DNA of 64,000 nucleotides, taken from NCBI RefSeq assembly GCF_006345805.1, contig NC_042998.1, positions 58,032,001 to 58,096,000 of the forward strand, written 5' to 3'. Every line of letters starts with the position of its first letter. The stretch's first letter is position 1. This document shows, one piece after another, positions 38,827-49,823 of the stretch. Below the pieces are notes generated by a model that had not been told where the DNA came from, ran no database searches, and was given only the letters and a program-made list of their open reading frames with translations. The DNA is from Octopus sinensis. Taxonomy: Eukaryota. The position numbers and the translations under genes were made by a program.

Positions 38827-40253
38827 CGATACATTCACAAAAAATGAAAGCTTGCCCATTCTGAAATTGTCTGCATCGCTTCACGAGTGCTAGTGATTAT
38901 CTAGATGTATGTAAAAAGAAATTATGCAACTTGTGTTTATAAATTACTGAGCTATATTATTTATAAAATCAACAAAATGACGAAGATGATTGCACCAAAG
39001 CGAAGTTAATTTGCTTCTGTACAATAACATTTTGATGCAAATACAAATAGTGATAATGGGAGTAAATTATTATAGATTTTTTTTCTAATTCTTCTTGAAA
39101 AATCAATTCATTTGCCGATATTCAATAATAATCCTTTTTCCAAATGAACTGTTTCCTTCCCTAGAGCCTTTCTAAAAGAAAAAAAAATGCCTTAACCACT
39201 TCGTAGTTACGCAGTTACATTATATTATTTATTCTGCGCATTGCATCATGGTACTCAATCATTCTTATTTAGTTTTGTAAAAAGTACTTCAAGAAAGTTA
39301 ACACTTCCGATACTGTTATAAACATTTATTGGATCTCTGACAACCTCCCATTTTCAGCAAACATCTTTTTCACTCCAGTCAAAGAATATTGAATCTATAT
39401 CTGGTGCAATTTCCTGTGTGTCTTTCAAGAAGATAATCAAGACATCCATCAACTAGAATGAACGTCTGGCTCACTAGTTCGCTTCCTTAAAGCCTTACAA
39501 ATCTTATGACTTAGCTACTTTTTCTTGGTCGTTAATAAGAATCAACCAAAAAAGGTGGACTACTAAACATTTTCATATAAATATAGATTTCAGCTGTCTG
39601 CAACAAGCGTGGCATAAATATTTTGATCGCCACATTTTAGGGATTATATATGGCTATAATCATAGTTGTATATCCAATATGGTGTACGAAGAAGTCTATA
39701 ACAATAGGAGTTCCTCTGTGATTGATAAGGTTGACATAAGCCCTGTGCAGCTCATATTTCTAAAAATCAATGTGTGGAGAGAAGTTGGTAGTGGAGAGTC
39801 CCGGAAGATTGTTGTTAGAGAGGATTTAGGATTTGGAAAAGTGTCGAGTAGTTATAAATGTAGTACCTCGCGGAAGGACTGGAATGCGCAGCAGCACAAC
39901 ACGTAAGTATAAAGAAATGACGGGAGGCGACTAATCAGAAATGATGTAACATTGAAAGTTTGATTAGCAAAAATGAGACGTATGTATTCAGTGGATTTTA
40001 CAGGGCAATGCAGAGATGACGAATAATGGGGAAGCCAATACATTATGTGAGCTTCCACAGGAGTGGTACATAGTATGCTGCTTTAAGAAATAGTAAACTC
40101 TAGTAAATTAAAAGGTTAAATAATAGTGTAGGGGATGGCAGGATGACGCAGGTAGAATGATTATATGTGTAGATGACTGAAAGTTCGCTAAAAAGTCAGC
40201 TAACTTTTGGTAACTCATGTTCTAGAATATTTGTACCTGTAGCATTTCTACCG

Positions 40254-40312
<59 letters not shown>

Positions 40313-40322
<10 letters not shown>

Positions 40323-40479
40323 TAAATTAGAGATAAAACCACTATTAGGCAAATCATACAATGAAAAACTTAAGCCAATATCTCTAATTTAATATAATAT
40401 AATATTCTACTATAAAATTGGATTCAATCCTAAATCTGATTTTTCCCTGCAAGTTTGGATTTATTCCCTAATATTTTAT

Positions 40480-40510
<31 letters not shown>

Positions 40511-40718
40511 GACTTCTTCCTGAAGTCAGAACACCATAATGGACCGTTAGCTCCTACACGCATTTTTTTCTCTCCTTGTTTCTTTTCTGTGTATCTTTCT
40601 GTCGAAGAGCGTAGGCTCCAAACGTAAAAGACTTGTTCTATTTCTATTCCTGAGCGCCATACTAATACATTTGTTTGTTTGTACTCCACCTGCCTTCGTC
40701 TTTTGTTTATTTTCGTAA
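40313..40718 (+). mobile_element. Penelope-like element terminal fragment
   Basis: Contains the PLE-type motif ctgtcgaagagcgtaggctc(c)aaacgt and a 23-bp perfect inverted repeat at the left edge. No intact ORF. Assignment rests on the ribozyme-like motif. Confidence 0.4.
40594..40631 (+). ncRNA. Degenerate minimal type I hammerhead ribozyme motif
   Basis: Stem I tcttt/aaaga, core CUGUCGA, stem II gagc-gtag-gctc, then CAAA (canonical GAAA; G12 to C at 40619), palindromic stem III ACGU, cleavage triplet GUA. Confidence 0.5.
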
Positions 40719-40872
40719 ACTTCTTTCAGTTTCCATCTTCCAAATCCACTCACAAGGTTTTGGTCGGCCCGAGGTTATAGTAGAAGACACTTGCCCAAAG
40801 TGCCACGCAGTGGGACTGAACCTGGAACCAATCATGTGGTTCGTAAGCAAGCTACTTACCAGACAGCCACTC
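40719..40872 (-). mobile_element. SINE family A, 5' half
   Basis: Reverse complement gagtggctgtctggtaagtagcttgcttacgaaccacatg...ggttccaggttcagtcccactgcgtggcac...gatggaaactgaaagaag. Confidence 0.85.
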
Positions 40873-40955
40873 ATATATATATATGTGTGTGTGTGTGTGT
40901 ATGTGTGTGTGTGTGTTTGTTTCTGTGTGTGTGGTGTGTGATAAGTATTATTCTG

Positions 40956-41022
<67 letters not shown>

Positions 41023-41164
41023 CGTTTTTGGATTTGGTTTGCAAGATTCTTTATATGAGTGTGTTACATTATAAGGCACAAAAAGAAAATGACTCTCCTC
41101 AGGCACAACAGTATATATGCGTGTATGTGAGAGAGAGAGAGAGAGTGTGTGTGTGTGTGTATGT

Positions 41165-41315
41165 GTGGAGGCACATGACCTAGTAGTTAGAGCAGTGGAG
41201 ACACATGGCCTAGTAGTTAGAGCAGCGGACTCGCGGTCGAGGGATCGTGGGTTCGAATCTCAGACTGGGCGATGTGGGTTCTTATGAGCGAAACACCTAA
41301 GCTCCACGCGGCTCC
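41165..41315 (+). mobile_element. SINE family B (tRNA-Arg-like head, OR-like), 5' part, with a tandem-duplicated first 30 bp
   Basis: gtggaggcacatgacctagtagttagagca repeated twice (41165-41194, 41195-41224), then gcggactcgcgg (TCG anticodon-like), ggttcgaatc B-box and gagcgaaacacctaagctccac. Sits directly after (TG)n. Confidence 0.8.
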
Positions 41316-43986
41316 AACTTGTATCCGTACAAGAAAATCATTCGATATTGTTCAGTTGGCAACATTGTCTTAAGAGCTGCGGGTAGCAATTTTAAATAAT
41401 AGTATTGTCTAGAAAAAGAGTTAAGAGTAAACACAAGCATATACATGGAAACTCATTAAAAATCCATTTATAGATTACATTTCATATGAGACAACCTATT
41501 CTTGAGTACGATACGTTGAAACGTCCGTATCACAAACAAGAAAGCAAAGCTGAACGACCGAAGATACTCCTACTCAGTGAAATTCATATTGGTATAGTTT
41601 TGTAAGAGAGTGAGTAAGATGCTTGTGTCTATCGCAAGTATGTTGCGTAAGCTGCTTGTCTCTATCGCAAGTATATGTTTAATAGCGACGTTCTTTGATT
41701 ACTGCGCTAGTGTCATAGGTCAGACTATTATTAGACTTCGACTGCTACTGTAGCTGAATAGTGTCGTTTAATATCAGATTGTTCTTGCTGTTGTTACTGA
41801 CCGCATAAATTGAGGTCAGATGGTTCATAATTATATTTTTGGTTAGTAACATAATTCAGAATTTATTCACGCGTTTATTTATTAATTTGATACCCTCTGG
41901 TGACTTCTTTTTTTTCGATTTGTTCCACCGTCCTATTTATTAGTAATTTAAACGAATTTGTTGCTTCTCATTTTCTTATATTTTTCATTTTGTAGATGTT
42001 ACCATCTGTTCTGTTCTATTTCACTGGTTTGTTCAAAGCTGCTATTCGTCTGCACTAAAGATGAAGCAGTGCATGGTATATGCGTATTAACTGTTGTATA
42101 AGACACACCTGGTTTTATTAGGCTATAATTTTGATGGGTCTATAATCGGCTAAGCCTCACGAGGCGCATAGAGACAGAGCAGCAACAGTTTTTTATGGGA
42201 GCGGCGCTGTGGGTCTGCTGCTTAAGCCTGCATAGTCTTATTAACATGGGACATGTAGTAAACTGAAGAGCTTCCCCGAGTGGCACACACTCTAGCTACC
42301 CCACTATTTACAGGGAAGATGAGTAAAGAGTAACTGCTGTGTTCGTTAAATCCACCGCAGGGGGATGACATATTTTCTGGTTGAACGGTGCGATTGGGCT
42401 TTATCGGTGGTAATGTAGTATGAGGTATAGTAATGAAGTTCATTGGTAAGTAGTATTGCATCAGTGTCCTTCCCGAAAGATGGCGTGTATCGAATGTGCA
42501 TGTGCGTATGTGTGTCAGATTGTGTGTGCGCGCACGAACACACACACACTAATGCATTACTGTCCGCCACCTCATCGAATTTCCATGAATCACAAACCAT
42601 GTGGACGTTGGCAAGTTTGAAACAAATGTAATTCGTTGTTCCCATTCATCAGGTAGAACGACGGATACGAGCTTTAGAATCAGCCAGAGCTTTTTTTTTT
42701 TGTTTTGGAAGAGGCTTCCGATTGAAACTGTGATTACTCATCCGTGCTGCGGCAATTATAATGCTCGCCGTCGTCATCATTCTTTCATGGTATCCAGACT
42801 ACAGTGTAAGGCAGAGACACATTTACATGACGCAATGCAATTTTAAGATCCATAATTTTTAATTTATTATTTTTTTTTAATTGCTACTCCCACATCAGAT
42901 CCTCTGACATTTCAGAGATACCAAATTCCCTTAACCCTTATTTGTATTCGTTACCGGTCCTCATGTCAGCATGTCTTCAGAAGAGCTTTCACTAAAATTC
43001 TAATAGTTCTCTTTCAATTGCTACAAGCAGAGTAATTAATGTAACTTTCAATCAATACAAAAGAAATCAAAATCAAACTGAAAATTAGCGAACAAAATAA
43101 AAGAAAAGAATAAATAAAATATAAAACAATGACAAACCAAGTGGAATATAAAACTAATTAATTTCTATTTCCAAGTAGAAATTTTTGGTTTTCATCAATG
43201 TGATGACATTCAGATTTTGAAATTTAGAATCCCGTTATCAGTACTTAATATAAACACAGCGGATATAAGACATTTAAAGCAGTCTTTCAGAGGAAACACA
43301 CTCATTTCAAGGAAAGCAAGTAATCATCTCCTAATATATCAGTTAACAAATTAATTATAAATTAGTAACACGCAGTTACTAAATTCATTAAATGATATTT
43401 TATTATTTTTATTATAATTACATATGAAACAGCTGCTCCATGATGTCTTCAGTTTAGAAATTTTAATGTCTTCATTATTGGAATATCACGTTGAGTCGTT
43501 AAATTACCTCGATAGACAATTGGTTCTCGAAATCTGGCTTGGATAGCTACGGAAATTCATAAGAATTTAATAAAACAGAGAAGAATTCAGTATGACGAGC
43601 TCAAGCAACTAATTAGTCACAACAGGTCATCCGCGCTGCGCTATGTATCAAACAAAAAAAATCCTCACCAGCAGAAATATATTGTAATTTCCTACAAATC
43701 ATTGATTGTTACAAGCGAACAAGTGGCATCTACTTGAAGAAGCAATCAAAATGTCCCTAAATTTTACAGCACCGTCATATGAAAGGAAAGAACCGTTGAA
43801 TTACGTCGTCCTATATATATTTTATGAAAATAGAATAAAAAAGAAACGTGATGGTCGCGCCTGAAACACCTTTAAACATTCAATAGGAACAAATCTGGAA
43901 ATAAAGACCAACGGCAACATCATTGGTTGATAACAGGTTAAGTGGTTAGTAGAACACAGTTGCTTATGAATAGTTCGTGTAATACT

Positions 43987-44171
43987 GGTTTCAAATTTTG
44001 CTACAAGGCCAGCGATTTTGGGGGAGGGGTGAGTCACTTACATCGACCTCAGTTTTAACTGGTATTTATTTTATCAACCCCCGAAATGATGAAAGGCAAA
44101 GTCGACCTCGGCGAAATTTGAACTCGGTAAATTTTTTTCCGGCGTGCTAATGATTCCGCCAGCTAGCCCCT
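43987..44171 (-). mobile_element. SINE family N, tail type B
   Basis: Reverse complement ggctagctggcggaatcattagcacgccgg...gagttcaaatttcgccgaggtcgactttgcctttcatcatttcggggg...ccccaaaatcgctggccttgtagcaaaatttgaaacc. Confidence 0.8.
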
Positions 44172-44202
44172 TTAATAGTTCGTGTGATAGTGAATTAATC
44201 TC

Positions 44203-44345
44203 TAAAGCAGTGAACTGACGGAATTGTTAGTACGCCGGGGAAAATGCTTAGTGGCATTTCGTCCGTCTTTATCTGGGGTCGATGTAATTGACTAGCCTTC
44301 TTCTCTGAAACTGTTGGCCTCGTGCCAACATTGGAAAGCAATATT
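44203..44345 (+). mobile_element. SINE family N, tail type B, internal deletion
   Basis: gcagtgaactgacggaattgttagtacgccggggaaaatgcttagtggcatttcgtcc...ggggtcgatgtaattgactag...ggcctcgtgccaacattggaaagc. Confidence 0.7.
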
Positions 44346-44614
44346 GAATTCAGCTCCATCTCTAAAGAATGTAGCAGAATAATGAAGGAATTCACATCAA
44401 CCCTTATTCTTTTATACCTGTACCATACAAAAGCCTTCACTAGTTTTCACAAAACTCAGGGGATAGTTTTCTGACCTTAACGTTCAGAATATTAATTACA
44501 ATTCCATTCATATTTGTGATGCTTTATAACAATATTGATTCGACTTCAGTATTTTTTTTTCTTTTTCTATCATTCTAGAAAATGGCAATGCGCCCGTGGA
44601 TTTCATTAGCCTTC

Positions 44615-44763
44615 CATATCAGTACTTTATTTTATAAAACACGGGAAAGTTAAAAGAAAAGTTGACCTTAGTGGGATTTGAACTCTGAATGTAAATGGCC
44701 GTAACTAATTACTGCAGAGATATTTGGTCGACGCTCCACCGATTCTTTCAATCCCTTGCCTTA
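44615..44763 (-). mobile_element. SINE family N related fragment, diverged
   Basis: Reverse complement ...gaatcggtggagcgtcgacc...ttacattcagagttcaaatcccactaaggtcaacttttcttttaactttcccg...ataaagtactga. Confidence 0.55.
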
Positions 44764-46537
44764 AATAGCTTCAGAAGTAAAGTGATCTTAAAAGCATAGA
44801 AATATGTAATTTTGCTCTTTTTAATCAAAACCGAATATATCTCAAGTGATCATCTTAAATTAGAAACTACAACTATTGCAGATGACTCTGGTTATATTCC
44901 CTCAGGAGAAAAATTATTGTGGCTTGCTCTGGTACGAAGAGATTGCTGTCTCAGTTACGTTAATATGATCAAACGGAGTCCACATCAATATATCTCGTAT
45001 TAAACGTATTTGTGTATCTGAAATCTATACAACGTTGCAGAGGAGAAAACCACTTTAGGATATACGGTGACGATAGTGAATAGCCTTATCACTACTCTTC
45101 CGGCATCTGATCACATCTAATGCTTTGCATTCATCAGACCTCGTATTAAGAATTATTTTAAAGCGCTATTTCTCAGAAACCTCTGGACTGCCTACTTAAA
45201 TACTTCTCTACAGTAACCTTTTTTTCAGAAGTTCATACTGAATATATAAGATAACTAACAACATTCTGTCTCCAATTGTTTGAGCACATTTTATGAATAC
45301 TGTTGGTTTTCGCATTCGAAACTCTGATTATATAGCAAGAAACACACTGACACTTCAACGATATTGCCAACACCTTGTTGTAGTCGAAAAGAACGTAATT
45401 AATGATAGGTTAATACTACGATATTAATACTACTATTATATCAGCATGTAGTTGCAGTCCATTTGGATAACTTATACATAAATATATACACATGGCCCAC
45501 TTCAAAGTATCAAGACTAGAAATGGAACCGGGCTACAGTTTAGGTACTTTACATCGATGCAGTCGAACCCAAAGAAATAGAAAACGAATATCTGACGGAT
45601 TTTGTTATAACTGAGTAGCACTATATGAGATTAACTATTTAACAAACATGATATGCGTAAAATTGTACAGCATTTCTCTTGTTTGCATTAGTAACGTGTA
45701 TTTACCATATGTTATCTATCCACAACTATGAGGATAGAGACATTGAGAATAACAGATTTCTCATAAAATCATCAGTGATAAAATATATATTACTTAATCT
45801 TCCATTGTCAATGTTACATCCTCTTAGGCAACAATATACGATTGACTCAATTTCATAGGAACTTTTTTATGCTTGCTTAATTTGTTAGAAATAACATTCG
45901 CATGTCGTTCAAGCCAAACCCTACCATCATATAAATGAAGGTTGTACTGTTTGAAATACAGTCGGATGAACATAACTGGAAAGTCATTGGGCTTTCAGAG
46001 CTTTCCTAGAGTTAAAGATCAACAGGAACATTAATGATATGATTATTACTCTACTTTTGCATATGTATTAATTGTCTGCTCAACAAGTGTAGAAAACGTA
46101 ATGCGTTTATGGGAGGTGTAACCGTTTATAAATGCTATTTTAATGCAAAGGAAAAAAGCTCATTCTAAACTTGATACGAACGTACATAAATTCAATGAAG
46201 TAGAAATTCGAATTCATTAAAATCACACCTCGTAATGTGGGGAAAGCAAAATAACTAAATGATTAATTCAGGCCAACAGTGGAAAGGGAGACAACAACCG
46301 AATATAGATTAGGTAAAATTAATTAAAATTCAACAGATAATTGAAAAAGATACACAACCTGTGTCCAAGGGGATGTTATCTCATTTACATCTAATTTACA
46401 TATGGTCTAATGCACTTTGTATGTAGCATCCCTTCAATATCGATTATAATACTGTAATATTAGCTGTGCAGGTCTTTACTTTAAACATCCTATATTTTAG
46501 GTCAGGTGAATTATATCGCAGAACGAACTGCATAGCT

Positions 46538-46776
46538 TACTCTTATCTTTTAGCTTCTATTTGTTTCAGACATTAAAGTGCGGATATGCTGGATCATTGC
46601 CTTGGTGAGTTTTAGTCGAAAAAATCGATTTCCGTACTTATATATATATATATATATATATATTTCAAGGCTAGTACTTACTCAGTCAGTGTTTTCTGTT
46701 GAACTGCTAGATTATAGATACATAAACAAACCAGCGAGTGTCAAGTGATGGAGACAAACACGGACGAACACGTACA

Positions 46777-46826
<50 letters not shown>

Positions 46827-47010
46827 CGCGCGCGCGCGCACACACGCATGATGGAGTTCTTTAAGATATACGTCAACTAAATTCACCCACAAAGCTTTGG
46901 TCGCCCCAGGGCTATAGTAAGAAAGACTTGCCCAATAGATCAGTTGGACTGACCTCAAAACCACGTTGTTGCGAAGCGAGCTTCTTAATTACATAGCTTT
47001 ACTTGCGCCC
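46538..47010 (-). mobile_element. SINE family A, old diverged full-length copy
   Basis: Tail ttactcttatc...ttgtttcagacatt, internal (CA)n(CG)n, head ...cttcttaattacatagctttacttgcgccc. Confidence 0.7.
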
Positions 47011-47228
47011 ACATTATTCTGTAATATTGAAAATATTGTTGATTAACTTAGTAAAATTAAAACTCATAAAGTTGGACAGCAATTACTTAAGAGCTATAAA
47101 ATAACTTTGTATTATTGCGAAACCAAAATGAATATAACTGAATATTTGTAGTACAAAAGCAAAAGCTAACGTACGCGTGCAAACATGTGTGTGTGTGGGT
47201 GTACGTGTGTGTTTGCGCGCGCCTGCAT

Positions 47229-47834
47229 TCGAGAAGGTGCCGAAAAATTCCTGGCTTTAAGGGTATCGCCAAAGGCCTAGATGGAGGCCCAAACTTCAGA
47301 ATTCTTTTAAGAGCTTTAAAAATACTGAAGGGCCACTGTAGCAAGTGTGTGAATGAGAAAGAGGAAGATACTCTTTTACTCTTTACTCTTTTACTCGTTT
47401 CAGTCATTTGACTGCGGCCATCCTGGAGCACCACCTTTAATCGAGCACCTCCACCCCATGACTTATTCTATCGGTCTCTTTTGCCGAAACGCTAAGTGAC
47501 GGGGACATAATCACACCAGCATCGGTTGTCAAGCAATACTAGAGGGACAAACACTGACACACAAACACACACGCACATATATATATATATACATATATGC
47601 CGGGCTTCTTTCAGTTTCCGTCTACTAAATCCACTCACAAGGCTTTGGTCGGCCCGAGGCTATAGCAGGAGACGCTTGCCCAAGGTGCCACGCAGTGGGA
47701 CTGAACTCGGAACCATGTGGTTGGTAAGCAAACTACTTACCACACAGCCACTCCTGTTGATTAAAATGAAAATTAGTTGATTCTTCTGTATCTTCTTATA
47801 CCCAAAGTCAGAAACTTTTCAGCAACCCCTCATA
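47229..47834 (+). mobile_element. Mariner-derived MITE (about 220 bp) split by a family A SINE
   Basis: Left TIR tcgagaaggtgccgaaaaattcctggcttt and right TIR aaagtcagaaacttttcagcaacccctcata (47804-47834). The interior encodes RALKILKGHCSKCVNEKEE, similar to a mariner transposase C-terminus. Confidence 0.75.
47371..47754 (-). mobile_element. SINE family A, full length, nested in the mariner MITE
   Basis: Same structure as 2426-2837. MITE sequence resumes at tgttga (47755). Confidence 0.9.
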
Positions 47835-47920
47835 CATATATATGTGGTTTTAGCGCCCGAACGCGGGTATGTATGAACGTATGCATATGAATATACTTAC
47901 TAACGCACGTATATAAATGT

Positions 47921-48843
47921 ACTAGCAGAGATACCCGGTGTTGCCTGTGTCACATGCAATTGAAGAATTAGACTTTTCTGTTATATTTTCTGTAATGAAC
48001 TGGAATACCTATGTTTCGAATTTCATCAAAATTGCAGTTGAAGGTTATTTTTCCCTTTACACACCCTAAAAAATTGTAATCGTGCCACATGTATCCCATA
48101 CCACTGATTTTTATGCGCATATTCCAAACCTCCAGTGTTATAGAACATGTTAACAGGATTTTACTCCTGAAAAATGGAGGTCATGTGAGAGTTAAGGCCC
48201 CTATTGGGGGCGGGTGTCTTCATGTCAACTCAGAGAAGTTGAATTGCTGAGAATCTTTTTAACTTGAATCGTATATCTATTGTTTGAATTTCTTTGAAAT
48301 AGGAAATATATGTTCACTGGGTTTGTAAAAGAGTGCAAAGCTACAGGAAACCAAAAGACGAATGATCACAATAAGTAGTCAGCTACCCTACTCTAGTCGT
48401 TACCACACCCGATGTAGGATTCCTCACCATCCAGGTGACAGGCACAGCCATAAGATGCATTACGAATCTATAGCAATTAGAAGGGCGTGACCCAACTGAA
48501 ATAAACATTAACAACTGTGTGACGTGAGGGCTAAGGAGAAATGAAGGTGTCACCTCTGGAGTTTGCAAATGACCACTATACTGATACGTAACTGGACAGA
48601 ATAAATTTACAATCTATAAATGTCTTTGAATAACCAGTCACTTATCTGGGAAGGCCTTGAAATCAATGTTGCCATGTGGGGACTATGTGTGTGACATAGT
48701 TATAATAAAAAGACTGAAAGGAGGTCTGCAATCAAATAACTTTACTCAACACTTTGCAACTGAATCAGTGGAGGCAAAGATGCCAATTTATGCACCACAT
48801 TGCAGAAATCACAATCTAAGTGTATGTCAAAACAAACTGTTAT

Positions 48844-48902
<59 letters not shown>

Positions 48903-49207
48903 GATTGATTTCTTTCAGTTTCTATCTACAAACTCCACTGACAAGGCTTTGGTTGGTCTGAGGCTATAGCAGAAGACACATGCCAAGTCAACACACAGTG
49001 GAACTGAACCGAGGACCAGGTGTTTTGGAACTAAGTTTGTTACCACACTGCCCCACCTGCACCTATGTGTGCGTGTGAGTGTGTGTGTGTATGGGTGTAT
49101 ATATGTATGCATGTATATATGTGTATATATATGTGTACATATTACATGGACATCCATATCTATAAAAATACATCTATACACATACATGTATACATATACA
49201 TCTATAT

Positions 49208-49258
<51 letters not shown>

Positions 49259-49823
49259 TACTTGTTTATTTATACATCTATATATATTCGTGTAAATTTT
49301 AATTCAAGATAATAAGGGTGAAAAATATGGTGTAGCATATTGAAAAGTCTGAAATTTCAGAAAACATATATTGCATACATATAAGAGGGATGACCTGTAA
49401 GTGGACATTATGCTAGAAGAAGATCCGCTATGGTCCTGCCATTCCTTTGTAAGTGGTAAGACCATAGTGAATCTTCTTCTAGCGTAATGGAAGTCCACTT
49501 ACAGTTCATCCCTCTTATATAATAGTTTCACTTTAATAGTTTCAGTATTAAAGTGAAAGTATTAAAGTGAAAGAATTTGACATTACAATAGAGAGCTGTT
49601 TTGGTTTCACTTTTGACACGTAATACTGAATTAGTAGAGAAGCTATGATATTGCTGTGGGCTCGCACTAGGCAAGAAGTTAAACATGTTTTGCCCATGAC
49701 ACTACATGGACCCTAAGTAAGGCATGTGTAAAATTTGAATGAAATTGGTTGTGTAGTCTCAAGTTTTAGTGATTCACACAGACACACATTCTCATCTTTA
49801 TATATATATATATATATATAGAT
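47921..49823 (+). mobile_element. Possible non-autonomous Helitron/Helentron-like (Lep1/HINE-type) element with internal insertions
   Basis: 5' end t|actagcagagatacccggtgttgcc. 3' end catgtgtaaaatttgaatgaaattggttgtgtag...acacagacacacattctcatcttt(ta)n gat. Related aatttcatcaaaattg motif near the 5' end. The two ends may belong to separate copies. Confidence 0.4.
48901..49063 (-). mobile_element. SINE family A, 5' half, diverged
   Basis: tttctttcagtttctatctacaaactccactgacaaggctttggttggtctgaggctatagcagaagacac...ttaccacactgccccacctgcacct. Confidence 0.75.

Noticed and set aside
41615-41680. 33-bp imperfect tandem duplication (taag.tgcttgt.tctatcgcaagtat)
   Set aside because: Two copies only; ordinary local slippage duplication.
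42274-42305. hAT-like terminal sequence (reverse complement agtggggtagctagagtgtgtgccactcgggg)
   Set aside because: No partner TIR or TSD found.
42752-42810. Possible first exon MLAVVIILSWYPDYS followed by GTAAGG
   Set aside because: Too short to distinguish from chance, with no promoter or downstream exon support.
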